This document shows positions 53,697 to 63,761 of a stretch of 64,000 bases of DNA, in pieces (the stretch's first letter is position 1; the number at the start of each line of letters is the position of its first letter). Source of the DNA: an uncultured bacterium (lineage in GTDB: Bacteria; Patescibacteriota; Dojkabacteria; J137); NCBI GenBank assembly GCA_963700155.1, contig OY969472.1, forward strand, positions 253,511 through 317,510, in the 5' to 3' direction. A program made the position numbers and the translations under genes. Below the pieces are notes generated by a model that was not told where the DNA came from, made no database searches, and saw only the letters and a program-made list of their open reading frames with translations.

Positions 53697-55310
53697 CTAA
53701 AAGATATACTTTTCATAACTCTTGGTTGCTCTTAAAGACCTGTATTGTCTTAATGTATCTAATAATACAGTAACGATAATCAAAATACTAGTTCCGCCAA
53801 TTCCCGAAAGTATTGCTAATTGATTACCTGTTGTTATCAAAATTACATCTCTACTTACCAAAGGTATCAATGCTATGATCGCTAAAAGTATTGAGCCAAC
53901 TAATGAAATTCTTACCAAAACACCAGTAATAAATTTTTCTGTTGCGCGACCAGGTCTAACTCCAGGAATGAAAGCTCCTGACTTTTGTAAATTCTCTGCA
54001 GTTTCTTTTGGATTAAGTACAATAAATGAATAAAATATTCCGAATATTATGACTAATAAGAAGTAGACAATAATATAAGTAATATCTCGATTATCAACAA
54101 CATTATCTCTTGCAGCATATAAAAACCCGTTCTGAACAGAAGTTAAAAAATCTATTACCCTTTGATGATCTTTTAATACATTCAAAAGTACTGGAACAAT
54201 AATTTGTGGTATAGAAAGCAACGAAGTTGCAAAAATTACCGGTAGCACTCCAGTCAAAGTGAATTTGATAGGTAAACTCGAACCTTGACCTATTTCAGCT
54301 CCACGAACCCTGCGGGCATATTGAATATCTACATTACGCTGAGATTCATTAATAAATATAATCGCCCCAACAACAACAATAAACCCAATAATTACACCTA
54401 CAAGCGAAAGTATCAATGGATTTGTTAAAGCATTTAGATTACCTTGCAATAACTGACTAAGACTTGTTCCGAAATTAATCTTTGAAAAGTCTTGAACCAA
54501 AAGTGTTGGTAACATTGCTAAAATTCCAACAGTAATAACTACAGACGAACCATTCCCTAAACCATTTTCAGTTACCAGTTCAGAAAGCCACATCAGAAAC
54601 ATTGTTCCTGCAGCAAGAATAACTGCCATAAATAATATTTTTTGAATTGTAGGCCAATCCATTCCAGTCGAATGTGGAATAAGATATACTGGTACATGAC
54701 TTGGATCTGATGCAATCGTTGGATCTGCATTTGGATTCAATAAGTCTCTTTGTGATAAATAAAGAAGATATGCAACAGAATAAAAGAATGACAATGGCAA
54801 GGTTAAATATCTTGTTATCTGATTAATAAGTTGTCTTCCTCGCTCTCCTTCTTTCTGCAATTCTTTTAATCGTGGTATTGCATAAGGCAAAAGCTGCATT
54901 ATGATGGATGCATTAATATATGCTGCAATTCCTAAACCTACTACGCTAGGAGTTTCAAATTGTCCTCCAGTAAATATTGAAAATAAAAAACTTCCTTCAG
55001 AAGCAGTAGATTGACCAAAGTATTGTTTATAAACACTCATATCGACTCCTGGCAATGGAATAGAAGCCAACCCTCGATAAATTACAACTACTAAAAGAGT
55101 TAATAACAACTTGTTTCTAATATCCTTACTTGTTAAGTTAATTGAAATAAATTTAGAAAATCTTGTAGATCTGATTTTTTCAATTGGAGTTCTTATCAAT
55201 CTATGATTAATTATTCTTCCGAGCAAATTATCCTCTTTTAATCTTTCATTTGAAAAAGGATCTTCATCTTGATTCTTGGAGGGTTTATTACTTCTTCTTT
55301 TAAAAAACAT
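53697..55310 (-). CDS. secY: Preprotein translocase subunit SecY (with about 50-aa N-terminal extension)
   Basis: Ten TM segments with conserved SecY blocks (LLLTLLVVVIYRGLASIPLPGVD, SIFTGGQF, GNGSSVVITVGIL, IPGVRPGRATE). 537 aa. Confidence 0.9.
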   Translation of the reverse strand: MFFKRRSNKPSKNQDEDPFSNERLKEDNLLGRIINHRLIRTPIEKIRSTRFSKFISINLTSKDIRNKLLLTLLVVVIYRGLASIPLPGVDMSVYKQYFGQSTASEGSFLFSIFTGGQFETPSVVGLGIAAYINASIIMQLLPYAIPRLKELQKEGERGRQLINQITRYLTLPLSFFYSVAYLLYLSQRDLLNPNADPTIASDPSHVPVYLIPHSTGMDWPTIQKILFMAVILAAGTMFLMWLSELVTENGLGNGSSVVITVGILAMLPTLLVQDFSKINFGTSLSQLLQGNLNALTNPLILSLVGVIIGFIVVVGAIIFINESQRNVDIQYARRVRGAEIGQGSSLPIKFTLTGVLPVIFATSLLSIPQIIVPVLLNVLKDHQRVIDFLTSVQNGFLYAARDNVVDNRDITYIIVYFLLVIIFGIFYSFIVLNPKETAENLQKSGAFIPGVRPGRATEKFITGVLVRISLVGSILLAIIALIPLVSRDVILITTGNQLAILSGIGGTSILIIVTVLLDTLRQYRSLRATKSYEKYIF

Positions 55311-55390
55311 AATCTTCGAATATTAAATAAATTCACTGAATGATTATACTGTATAAGAGCTGACTTTTTAAAGAAGAAAATCTGAAACTC

Positions 55391-55858
55391 TTATTCTTCA
55401 ACGCTTCCACCAGCTTTTTCTATTGCTGCCTTTGCTGCTTTAGAAGTTTTAATTCCAGAAACTTTTAGTTTAGCCTTTATCTCTTTATCAAAAAGAATCT
55501 TTGGTAGAACTTTCTTACTAAACTTTGGAGTTACTAATCCAAATTTTACTAAAGTTCCCAAATTTATGTCGTTTAGTTTATTTTCAACTGCTGCAGATTC
55601 AACCATACTTAATTTTACTGCCTGAGATCTAATAGAAGAAGTAATAAACCCTCTAGAAAAACCTTTATATTTTGGAAGTCTTCTTGAAATTGGGTTTTGT
55701 CCTCCTTCAAATCCTCTTCTTGGATATTGATATCCAGATCTAGCAGTAGCTCCTTTTAGACCTCTACCAACAGTATGTCCTCCAACTCCTGAGCCCATAC
55801 CTCTTCCAAGTCTCTTGGACTTTTTTGTAGTTTTTGGTGATGGTAAATTATTTATCAT
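55391..55858 (-). CDS. rplO: 50S ribosomal protein L15
   Basis: KRLGRGMGSGVGGHTVGRGLKG... typical uL15. Confidence 0.9.
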   Translation of the reverse strand: MINNLPSPKTTKKSKRLGRGMGSGVGGHTVGRGLKGATARSGYQYPRRGFEGGQNPISRRLPKYKGFSRGFITSSIRSQAVKLSMVESAAVENKLNDINLGTLVKFGLVTPKFSKKVLPKILFDKEIKAKLKVSGIKTSKAAKAAIEKAGGSVEE

Positions 55859-55884
55859 TTTCTACTTATTAATTTTCAAATTAA

Positions 55885-56433
55885 TTAAAGCCTGCTGCTC
55901 TTTAAGGACTCTAAAGCCTGTAAAGTTGCATAAGCATTTGTAATTTTATTATTACTTCCCATAATCTTTCCTAACATATCATTAATTCCAGCCACCTCTG
56001 CAACAATTCTCATTGATGACCCTGCTATGATTCCAGTTCCTGGAGCAGCAGGCTTTATCAATACTTTTGCTGCTTTAAATTTATGCAAAATATCATGAGG
56101 GATTGTATTTCCTTTTAGTGGGACCATAATCATTTTCTTTTTTGCAGATGCAGTTGCTTTTTCTTGAGCAGATTTTACATCATCACCTTTTCCAACTCCT
56201 ATACCTACTTTTCCTTTTCTATCACCTACTACAACAACAACACTCAACTTCATTCTTCGTCCACCTTTAAACATTTTAGAAACTCTTCTAATTGAGATAA
56301 TTTTACTTTCAAGTGAATCCTTGTCTTTTCGTGGAGCATCTTTCCTAGAATCTCTTCTGGATGTTCTTACTCTACTTGTATTCTTCTCAAGTCTTCTTTC
56401 TGGTCTTGTATTTTCTGGTTTATTATCGGACAT
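55885..56433 (-). CDS. rpsE: 30S ribosomal protein S5 (N-terminal basic extension)
   Basis: RRVSKMFKGGRRMKLSVVVVVGDRKGKVGIGVGKGDDV...TGIIAGSSMRIVAEVAGI. Only 26 nt separate it from rplO: no L30 gene. Confidence 0.9.
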   Translation of the reverse strand: MSDNKPENTRPERRLEKNTSRVRTSRRDSRKDAPRKDKDSLESKIISIRRVSKMFKGGRRMKLSVVVVVGDRKGKVGIGVGKGDDVKSAQEKATASAKKKMIMVPLKGNTIPHDILHKFKAAKVLIKPAAPGTGIIAGSSMRIVAEVAGINDMLGKIMGSNNKITNAYATLQALESLKSSRL

Positions 56434-56460
56434 AAATTTTTTAAAAATCTATAATATTAT

Positions 56461-56811
56461 TTAAAACTTTAATCCAGCTTCTCTTGCTGCATCAGCAAGT
56501 GCTTTGACTCTTCCGTGATATTTAAATCCATTCCTATCAAATAAAACATTTGTTATTTTTGCTTTAACTGCTTTTTGTGCAATTTCTTTTCCAACTTCAG
56601 TAGCACTTTCAATCTTCTTCATCTTTGAGTTTAATTTCTCATCAGAAGCTGCTACTACAGTTTTATGAATGCTATCATCAACAATTTGTGCATAAATATG
56701 TTTATTAGATTTGAAAACAGTCATTCTTGGTCTTTCTGTATTACCATGGATGCTTTTTCTAATATGCATCTTCTTTCTTATTCTGTTTTGTACTTTTTTA
56801 TTTCGTGTCAT
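56461..56811 (-). CDS. rplR: 50S ribosomal protein L18
   Basis: RPRMTVFKSNKHIYAQIVDD...DRNGFKYHGRVKALADAAREAGL. Confidence 0.9.
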   Translation of the reverse strand: MTRNKKVQNRIRKKMHIRKSIHGNTERPRMTVFKSNKHIYAQIVDDSIHKTVVAASDEKLNSKMKKIESATEVGKEIAQKAVKAKITNVLFDRNGFKYHGRVKALADAAREAGLKF

Positions 56812-56832
56812 TTCTTCAATTATAATTAATTA

Positions 56833-57384
56833 TTAAGCTCCTTTAGTTGATTTTCTTCTAACAACTTCATTTTTATATCTAATACCTTTTCCCTTATATG
56901 GTTCTGGTGGTCTAAATCCTCTTATCTTTGATGCTGTCTCACCAACTAATTGTTTATCAGCACCTTCAATAGTTAAACTAGTTTGATCTTGAACTGTTAT
57001 ACTGATTCCTTCTGGTGGTTCGTAGTTAATCTTATGGGAATATCCAACAGATAATACTAAGTTTTGCCCCTGCATTTCAGCTCTATATCCTATTCCAATA
57101 ATTTCAAGGCTTTTAGAAAATCCTTCAGTAACTCCCAGAATCATGTTATTTATTAATGTTCTATATAGTCCATGAAATGCTCTATTCTGCTTTGAATCAT
57201 TTGCTCTTTCTACTATTATCTGATTGCCATTCTGATTGAATTTGACACCTCTTTTTACAGATAGCTCAAGTTCACCTTTTGACCCCTTTACTTTAATTAA
57301 TTTATAACCAAAGTCGCCTCCATCTTGAATGTCAACTTTAACTCCTTCAGGTATTTGTATTGGTAATTTTCCTATCCTTGACAT
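56833..57384 (-). CDS. rplF: 50S ribosomal protein L6
   Basis: MSRIGKLPIQIPEGVKVDI...GYSHKINYEPPEGI...RPPEPYKGKGIRYKNEVV. Confidence 0.9.
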   Translation of the reverse strand: MSRIGKLPIQIPEGVKVDIQDGGDFGYKLIKVKGSKGELELSVKRGVKFNQNGNQIIVERANDSKQNRAFHGLYRTLINNMILGVTEGFSKSLEIIGIGYRAEMQGQNLVLSVGYSHKINYEPPEGISITVQDQTSLTIEGADKQLVGETASKIRGFRPPEPYKGKGIRYKNEVVRRKSTKGA

Positions 57385-57402
57385 TGCTTTATTATCTTAT
57401 TC

Positions 57403-57795
57403 TTAAAATATATAGCAGAGGTATTCTCCTCCGACTTTTTGTTTTACAGCTTCATTACCAGAAATTACACCAACTGGAGTTGAAAATATTGCTACTCCCA
57501 ATCCATGTCTTACTGGCTTAATCTCTCTGTATCCAAAATATTTTCTAACTCCTGGTTTTGAAACTCTTTTTAAACCTGAGATTGCAGGTACTCCGTTTAC
57601 ATATCTTAAAGTTAAACTTAAAATATTTTGTGGTTCAGCTTTCTCTTCTGAGTAATCAGCAATGAATCCTTCTTCTTTTAAGATTTCTGCCAAAGAAACG
57701 AGCATTCTAGAAGAAGGCATACTTAATGTCTCTTCTTTTCTCTCTTGAGCATTTCTTATTCTTGTTAAAAAGTCTGAAATTAAGTCTGTAACCAT
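57403..57795 (-). CDS. rpsH: 30S ribosomal protein S8
   Basis: DLISDFLTRIRNA...GLGVAIFSTPVGVISGNEAVKQKVGGEYLCYIF. Confidence 0.9.
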   Translation of the reverse strand: MVTDLISDFLTRIRNAQERKEETLSMPSSRMLVSLAEILKEEGFIADYSEEKAEPQNILSLTLRYVNGVPAISGLKRVSKPGVRKYFGYREIKPVRHGLGVAIFSTPVGVISGNEAVKQKVGGEYLCYIF

Positions 57796-57834
57796 TTTTT
57801 AAATTTTAATTTCAAATAAATTATTAAAATAATA

Positions 57835-58047
57835 TTACCAGGTGATCTTTGTTACTCCAGGCAGTTCACCATTTAGGGCTCTCTGTCTAAAGCAAATTCT
57901 ACAGAGTTTAAATCTTCTGATATAACCTCTGGAACGACCGCAGATTGCACATCTGTTTCTAAATTTTACAGCTTTAAAACTACTATTTTTCTTTAGTAAT
58001 TTTACTGACTGTTTTTTGTTTTTTGCTATTTTTGCTTTATTTGCCAT
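57835..58047 (-). CDS. rpsZ: 30S ribosomal protein S14 type Z (zinc-binding)
   Basis: [39 protein letters not shown]4 zinc ribbon form. Confidence 0.85.
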   Translation of the reverse strand: MANKAKIAKNKKQSVKLLKKNSSFKAVKFRNRCAICGRSRGYIRRFKLCRICFRQRALNGELPGVTKITW

Positions 58048-58088
58048 ACGTAACGCGAATTATATCATTATTAACTATCATATTAAAG

Positions 58089-58649
58089 TTAAGACTCTCG
58101 TCTTTTGCTTTTCTCAAAAGGCATTCCTAGCTTTTCTAGGAGTACTCTTCCTTCTTCATTTGTATTTGCTGATGTAACTATTACAATTTGCAAAGGTCTT
58201 ATTTTTACAAATGATGATGTATCTATTTCAGGAAAAATAGTATGTTCTCTAATTCCTAAAGTATAGTTTCCATGTTTATCAAACCCACTTAATGGAACTC
58301 CTCTAAAGTCTTTAATTCTAGGAATAGTTACATTTACTAATTTATATAAAAAGTCCCACATTCTCTCTTTTCTTAATGTTACTTTTAATCCATTTGGAGT
58401 TCCTATTCTTAACTTAAAGTTAGAAATAGCGGTTCTAGAATTAATAACAATAGGCTTTTGCCCAGTAATCTGAGCTATTGCTTCAGACATCTCATCTACA
58501 ACAGAACTATTATTATTAAATTCTTTTCCAATACCTACATTAACAATAATCTTTTTAATCGTTGGAACAGCCATCTTGTTCTTAATATTAAACTGTTTTT
58601 GTAATTCAGGTTGTATTTCTTTTGTGTATATATCTTTTAATTCACTCAT
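58089..58649 (-). CDS. rplE: 50S ribosomal protein L5
   Basis: MSELKDIYTKEIQPELQKQF...GMPFEKSKRRES, uL5 pattern. Confidence 0.9.
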   Translation of the reverse strand: MSELKDIYTKEIQPELQKQFNIKNKMAVPTIKKIIVNVGIGKEFNNNSSVVDEMSEAIAQITGQKPIVINSRTAISNFKLRIGTPNGLKVTLRKERMWDFLYKLVNVTIPRIKDFRGVPLSGFDKHGNYTLGIREHTIFPEIDTSSFVKIRPLQIVIVTSANTNEEGRVLLEKLGMPFEKSKRRES

Positions 58650-58654
58650 ATTTT

Positions 58655-58996
58655 TTATAATTCTTTACCGGTTTTAGCTGATACTCTAGTTTTTTTTCCG
58701 GTTTTTTTATCAATAATAAATTTAACTTTTGTTGGCTTATCAGTTTTTGAATCAACAAGCATTACATTTGAGATATCAATTGGGACCTCCATCTCAACTT
58801 GTCCCCCCTCTACTCCTAACTGAGGATTTGCTTTCCTTGATCTTTTTACAACGTTAATTCCTTTAACGACAACTCTTTTATTTGTTATATTTGTTCTTTT
58901 TTTAGTTTTTGTAACAAATCTCAAAATCTCTCCTTTTTTCCCGGAGTCTTTTCCTGTAATGACTTGTACAATATCACCTACTTTTAGCTTTCTCAT
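58655..58996 (-). CDS. rplX: 50S ribosomal protein L24
   Basis: KVGDIVQVITGKDSGKKGEIL...KVVVKGINVVKR, KOW motif. Confidence 0.9.
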   Translation of the reverse strand: MRKLKVGDIVQVITGKDSGKKGEILRFVTKTKKRTNITNKRVVVKGINVVKRSRKANPQLGVEGGQVEMEVPIDISNVMLVDSKTDKPTKVKFIIDKKTGKKTRVSAKTGKEL

Positions 58997-58998
58997 AA

Positions 58999-59382
58999 TT
59001 ATAAAACCTCTGGTGCTAACGAAATTAATTTATTAAAACCTCTTTCTCTCAACTCTCTTGCTATTGGTCCAAAGATTCTAGTTCCCCTTGGCTCTTTATT
59101 TTCTTTATTAATTATTGCAACTGCATTCTCATCGAATTTAATGTATGAACCGTCTTTTCTTCTATGCTCTTTTGCAGTTCTAACAATTACGGCATGAACC
59201 ACATCTCCTTTTTTATATGCACTATTTGGCAATACTCTTCTAACAGATGCGCTTACAATGTCACCTATGTATCCAAATCTCTTATATGTTCCTCCTTTTG
59301 CATTACCAAGAATAGCAATGACAAGAAGTTCTTTGGCTCCTGTATTATCTGCAACTTTTACTTTAGACATTTTCTGAACCAT
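58999..59382 (-). CDS. rplN: 50S ribosomal protein L14
   Basis: [22 protein letters not shown]...[11 protein letters not shown]...[28 protein letters not shown]. Confidence 0.9.
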   Translation of the reverse strand: MVQKMSKVKVADNTGAKELLVIAILGNAKGGTYKRFGYIGDIVSASVRRVLPNSAYKKGDVVHAVIVRTAKEHRRKDGSYIKFDENAVAIINKENKEPRGTRIFGPIARELRERGFNKLISLAPEVL

Positions 59383-59383
59383 T

Positions 59384-59665
59384 TTATTCTGCTTTCTTTG
59401 TTACTTTAATAAATTTCCAAGTTTTTCTAGCTGAAACAGGTTTGCATTCCTGTATCAAGACTTCATCTCCTAAGGCAAAATCTTCGATTTTGCCTTCAAA
59501 ACCAGCTAAATAAGTCTTATGTGTTTTTATAATTTTTGCATAAATAGGATGAGGATATTTTCTCTCAACCCTAATTTTCATTGTTTTATCGTTAAGCTTT
59601 ACAAGAATTCCAACCAATTCTCTTGGCTTAGTCTTTACTGTTTTATTTTTTGCTTTTGTCATCAT
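59384..59665 (-). CDS. rpsQ: 30S ribosomal protein S17
   Basis: [42 protein letters not shown]...[20 protein letters not shown]. Confidence 0.9.
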   Translation of the reverse strand: MMTKAKNKTVKTKPRELVGILVKLNDKTMKIRVERKYPHPIYAKIIKTHKTYLAGFEGKIEDFALGDEVLIQECKPVSARKTWKFIKVTKKAE

Positions 59666-59683
59666 TTATTTTTAATTAAAGTT

Positions 59684-59950
59684 TTAATGATTATGAGCCT
59701 CAAAATGCTCTTTAGTTATTTTTCTTGCGATATCTTTTCTTAATTTTCTTATTAAAGATGTATTTGATTCACTACCAGATTTAACATCTAACATTAATTT
59801 CTGTAATTCGTTTTTCATTTCAATAACACTTTTTTCACTATTTGGTTTACCTGTTTTCTTTTTTACAGACTTTACAGGAGCAGACTTTTTCTTTGTTTCA
59901 TCTTCTACTTTTAATTCTGCTTTTTGATCTGCACTTTGTACTATAGCCAT
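59684..59950 (-). CDS. rpmC: 50S ribosomal protein L29 (with N-terminal extension)
   Basis: IEMKNELQKLMLDVKSG...LIRKLRKDIARKIT in the conserved operon slot between rplP and rpsQ. Confidence 0.75.
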   Translation of the reverse strand: MAIVQSADQKAELKVEDETKKKSAPVKSVKKKTGKPNSEKSVIEMKNELQKLMLDVKSGSESNTSLIRKLRKDIARKITKEHFEAHNH

Positions 59951-59971
59951 TTTTTAAATATTTAACTCAAA

Positions 59972-60379
59972 TTAATTCTTAGCAACAATTCTTGTTCTTA
60001 AAGATAATTTTCTTGAAGCTAATAATAAAGCCTCTCTCGAAACATCTTCTGGAAGACCTCCTATTTCAAATAAAATCCTTCCTGGTTTAATCACTGCTAC
60101 ATAATGATCAACATCTCCTTTTCCACTACCTCTAACAACTTCATCGCTTTTCTTTGTATAAGGCTTATGTGGGAAAACTTTGATCCAAAGTTTTCCTTTT
60201 CTGCTTGTATAGTTAACCATTGCTTTTCTTGCAGCTTCAATTTCTCTTGCTTTTAACCAACCTTTTTCTAAACTCTGAATTCCGAATTCTCCATATACAA
60301 CCTCAGAACCTCTTAGGTCGATTCCTCTCATCTTGCCTCTCATTTCTTTTTTATATTTTCTATTCTTTGGTTGTAACAT
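59972..60379 (-). CDS. rplP: 50S ribosomal protein L16
   Basis: MLQPKNRKYKKEMRGKMRG...IEAARKAMVNYTSRKGKLWIKVFPHKPYTKK. Confidence 0.9.
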   Translation of the reverse strand: MLQPKNRKYKKEMRGKMRGIDLRGSEVVYGEFGIQSLEKGWLKAREIEAARKAMVNYTSRKGKLWIKVFPHKPYTKKSDEVVRGSGKGDVDHYVAVIKPGRILFEIGGLPEDVSREALLLASRKLSLRTRIVAKN

Positions 60380-60446
60380 GACAATCCTTAACTAATTAAA
60401 ATTGCTTGTCATCCCGATAGAACTTTGTTCGTGTCGGGATTTCTTA

Positions 60447-61103
60447 TTAATCTATTGAATATGTATTTTTTTCTCCTTTATTTATCCATACTTTAATTCC
60501 ATGCTTTCCTGCGCCTGGAACTTGTGCTTCAACAAATGCATAATCCAAGTCTGCTCTCAAAGTATGTCTTGGAACGACTCCCCATTTTACTTTTTCAACT
60601 CTAGCTTGTTCAGCCCCTCTAATTCTTCCACCTACCCAGATTTGTATGCCTTTTACTAAGCCGGTATCTTTTGCAGCTTCCATTGCTTTTGAAGCAGCAA
60701 TTTTAGGATTAATTCTTCTTTCACACTGCATTGCTATGTTCTCAGCTACCAATTTAGCAACTGTATCTGGGTTTTTTACTTCAAATATCTTAATATCTAC
60801 TGCTTGCTTAAGCATTTTTGTTAATTCATCCTTCAAAGCATTAATTCCAGCTCCACCTCTTCCAATAACTACACCAGGTCTTGCTACACTTATTTCAATA
60901 ACTATTTTGTTAATCATTCTTTTAATAACGACAGATGCTACACCTGCAGATTTTAGCTTTCCTTCAACAAGCTTTCGGACTTGAATATCGCTCAAAAACT
61001 TATCAGCATATTCTTCTTTTGTTGCATACCATCTTGATTTCCAATTCTTATTTACTCCTAATCTGAAACCTATCGGATTTATTTTATGAGCTCCTCGAGC
61101 CAT
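60447..61103 (-). CDS. rpsC: 30S ribosomal protein S3
   Basis: MARGAHKINPIGFRLGVNKNWKSRWYA... KH domain and C-terminal GGRIRGAEQARVEKVKWGVVPRHTLRADLDYA. Confidence 0.9.
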   Translation of the reverse strand: MARGAHKINPIGFRLGVNKNWKSRWYATKEEYADKFLSDIQVRKLVEGKLKSAGVASVVIKRMINKIVIEISVARPGVVIGRGGAGINALKDELTKMLKQAVDIKIFEVKNPDTVAKLVAENIAMQCERRINPKIAASKAMEAAKDTGLVKGIQIWVGGRIRGAEQARVEKVKWGVVPRHTLRADLDYAFVEAQVPGAGKHGIKVWINKGEKNTYSID

Positions 61104-61145
61104 TTAAATTAATTAATAAATATTTTTAGCTGTCAATTATACCAA

Positions 61146-61613
61146 TTATTTGTTTTTTTTAGTACTCTTCTTTGCTTTTACTGTCTTAGTTTTTTCTACT
61201 TTTAATTCTTCTTTTTTTACTTCCTTTTTAATCTCAATTTTTTCTTTTTTAGATTTTGTAGTTTCAGATTTAATATCAGTTAAAACTACTGTAATATGAC
61301 AGTATTTTCTGTCAAAAAATTTTGATCTTCCCCTAGCTGCTCTGATTATTCTTCTTGTATTAAACTTTGTTTGTGGTCCTTTGCTTACATTAATCTCAGT
61401 TACATAAAGATCTTTCGGATCTAAATTATAATTGTTCTTTGCATTGGCCATTGCACTTTCAATAACTTTTTTTACATGCAAAGCTGTCCCTTTTCTCATA
61501 TAAGTCAATATAGCAACTGCTTCTTGAGCATTCATATTTCTTACCACATCAGCTGGAATTCTAGCTTTAATACTAGAGACTCCTATATTTTTTCCAGATG
61601 CTTTAATTTCCAT
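61146..61613 (-). CDS. rplV: 50S ribosomal protein L22 (Lys-rich C-terminal tail)
   Basis: AQEAVAILTYMRKGTALHVKKVIESAMANA...RRIIRAARGRSKFFDRKYCHITVVL. Confidence 0.9.
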   Translation of the reverse strand: MEIKASGKNIGVSSIKARIPADVVRNMNAQEAVAILTYMRKGTALHVKKVIESAMANAKNNYNLDPKDLYVTEINVSKGPQTKFNTRRIIRAARGRSKFFDRKYCHITVVLTDIKSETTKSKKEKIEIKKEVKKEELKVEKTKTVKAKKSTKKNK

Positions 61614-61643
61614 CGTTTAAATCTTAATTTCTTATTAAATTAA

Positions 61644-61952
61644 TTATTCTGTTGCAACATGACCAGTTGATCCCATTGCTTTTGCAATCTTTCCTTTTTT
61701 ACTATGTCCAGTAAACTTTCGAGTCAATGAGAACTCTCCAAGTTTGTGACCAACCATTGATTCAGTAACAAAAACTCTAATAAAATATTTACCATTATGA
61801 ACATCAAAGTTTAATCCAACCATTTCTGGTGAGATGCTTGATCTTCTTGACCATGTTTTAATAGCAGTTCTATCTCCTGTATCTTTTGCATTTTTTACCT
61901 TTTTTTGTAATTTCGGATCAATAAATGGTCCTTTTTTTGAACTTCTTGACAT
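61644..61952 (-). CDS. rpsS: 30S ribosomal protein S19
   Basis: [19 protein letters not shown]...[50 protein letters not shown]. Confidence 0.9.
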   Translation of the reverse strand: MSRSSKKGPFIDPKLQKKVKNAKDTGDRTAIKTWSRRSSISPEMVGLNFDVHNGKYFIRVFVTESMVGHKLGEFSLTRKFTGHSKKGKIAKAMGSTGHVATE

Positions 61953-61962
61953 TTTTTAGTAA

Positions 61963-62826
61963 TTAAATAACATTTTTATAATTTTTAAATTTGTTCTTTT
62001 CTGCTCTTCTTCGAACAATGAATTTATTATTTAAATTCTTTCCTTTTCTTGTTCTTGTTCCAACCAAATTACCCCATCTGTCTTTCTTAGGTCCGCCGGT
62101 ACCGTGTCTACCACCTTTACCTTGTCCACCTCCATGAGGGTGCTTTATTGACATTGCGACTCCTCTAACTGATGGTCTTACTCCCATCCTTCTCTTTCTT
62201 CCAGCTTTTCCATATTTAACATTCTTTTGATCAGGATTACTTACTGTTCCAATTGTCGCATAACAATTCTCCTTAACCAACCTTATTTCTCCACTTGGCA
62301 TCTTTAATTGTACATAGCTTTTGTCGCCTCCCATTACTTGAACACTGGTACCGGCGGACCTTGCTATTAAAGCTCCTTTACCTGGCCACATTTCAACTGC
62401 ATGTACCATTGTTCCCTGTGGAATATTCTTTAATGGCAAAGCATTACCTGTAAGTACTTGTGCTTCTTCACCACTTAGTACATGATCTCCAACCTTTATT
62501 CCATCTGGTGCCAAAATGTATCTTCTTTCTCCATCAATATATTTTACTAAAGCAATAAAAGCTGTTCTATTTGGATCGTATTCTACTGTTTCAATCGTTC
62601 CCTGGACACCATGTTTATCTCTATTAAAATCAATTATTCTATATTGTTTCTTAACTCCAGCACCTCTATGTCTTACAGTAATTCTCCCTTGATTATTTCT
62701 TCCAGCATTCTTTTTTATATTTTTTACCAAAGGCATGTGAGGACCAGATTTTGACAATCCCGATTTATCAACCAAAATTGCATGTCTAACTCCTGCTGAT
62801 GTTGGTTTAAATGTTTTAAGTGCCAT
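61963..62826 (-). CDS. rplB: 50S ribosomal protein L2
   Basis: GRNNQGRITVRHRGAG...GKAGRKRRMGVRPSVRGVAMSIKHPHGGGQGK. Confidence 0.9.
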   Translation of the reverse strand: MALKTFKPTSAGVRHAILVDKSGLSKSGPHMPLVKNIKKNAGRNNQGRITVRHRGAGVKKQYRIIDFNRDKHGVQGTIETVEYDPNRTAFIALVKYIDGERRYILAPDGIKVGDHVLSGEEAQVLTGNALPLKNIPQGTMVHAVEMWPGKGALIARSAGTSVQVMGGDKSYVQLKMPSGEIRLVKENCYATIGTVSNPDQKNVKYGKAGRKRRMGVRPSVRGVAMSIKHPHGGGQGKGGRHGTGGPKKDRWGNLVGTRTRKGKNLNNKFIVRRRAEKNKFKNYKNVI

Positions 62827-62836
62827 ATTTATTTAC

Positions 62837-63112
62837 TTATTTTTCAAAAATATCGATTTTCCCATCGCTAATTTTAAATACTGCGATTTTTCTATCTTTT
62901 AATTTGGACATATATCTTGTAATTCTATTTCTCTTAACTTTTCCTAGTCTATTAATTATCCATACTTGACTTACTTTTACATCGTATGCTTTTTCTAAAG
63001 CTTGTTTTGAGTTAATTTTATTAGCCTTTGAATCAACTTCAAAAGTTGCCTTCTTTTCTTTTTTATATTGATCTATTGTTTTTTCAGTTATTACAGGTTT
63101 TTTTAATATCAT
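62837..63112 (-). CDS. rplW: 50S ribosomal protein L23
   Basis: ILKKPVITEKTIDQ...KQALEKAYDVKVSQVWIIN. Confidence 0.85.
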   Translation of the reverse strand: MILKKPVITEKTIDQYKKEKKATFEVDSKANKINSKQALEKAYDVKVSQVWIINRLGKVKRNRITRYMSKLKDRKIAVFKISDGKIDIFEK

Positions 63113-63125
63113 TTTATTCAGTTAA

Positions 63126-63755
63126 TTACTTATTAAATTTTTCATTAATAAAATCTAATGCTTTTTGCTCGATTAAAACAGTTCCACTTGCTAAAAGCTC
63201 ATAAGGGTTTAATCTATTTACCATAATTATTTTTGCATTTTTTACATTTGAAAACGCATTTAATACATTTTCATTTTTATCTAATGTAACAATCATTAAT
63301 TTTTTTGGGTTTCCAAAATTTTGAACAACATCTAATGCCTGTTTAGTTAAACCACCTTCTTTAAATTTAATTTCATCAACAATTTTTACAATATCTTCTT
63401 TAAAGGCTTTAGAAAAAGCATTCTGTAAAGCTGATCTTCTAAAATTTTTAGTTGTCTTCTTTTTCCAGTTAACACCTGTAGTAGGACCAAAAGTAATTCC
63501 TCCACCTCTCCAAATAGGTGATCTAATTGAACCTGCTCTTGCTTTTCCAGTTCCTTTTTGTGCAAAAGGTTTTTTCCCTCCACCGCTTACTTGTGATCTG
63601 TCTTTTGTTTGAGCATTTCCTTGTCTTTGATTTGATTGATAAATATAAATATATTGAGCTAATACTTTATTATTTACCTTCCCATCCTCAGTAAAATCTT
63701 TTACTTCAATATCACTTACTTTCTTATTTTTTTGATTAAAAACATCAACTTTCAT
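63126..63755 (-). CDS. rplD: 50S ribosomal protein L4
   Basis: MKVDVFNQKNKKVSDIEV...QRQGNAQTKDRSQVSGGGKKPFAQKGTGKARAGSIRSPIWRGGGITFGP. Confidence 0.9.
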   Translation of the reverse strand: MKVDVFNQKNKKVSDIEVKDFTEDGKVNNKVLAQYIYIYQSNQRQGNAQTKDRSQVSGGGKKPFAQKGTGKARAGSIRSPIWRGGGITFGPTTGVNWKKKTTKNFRRSALQNAFSKAFKEDIVKIVDEIKFKEGGLTKQALDVVQNFGNPKKLMIVTLDKNENVLNAFSNVKNAKIIMVNRLNPYELLASGTVLIEQKALDFINEKFNK

Positions 63756-63761
63756 TTATTT

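Noticed and set aside
59164-60984. ORFs 59164..59409(+), 59519..59743(+), 60646..60984(+), 63386..63583(-), 4532..4732(-), 6210..6398(-)
   Set aside because: They are antisense or off-frame within ribosomal protein genes and other confidently assigned genes.
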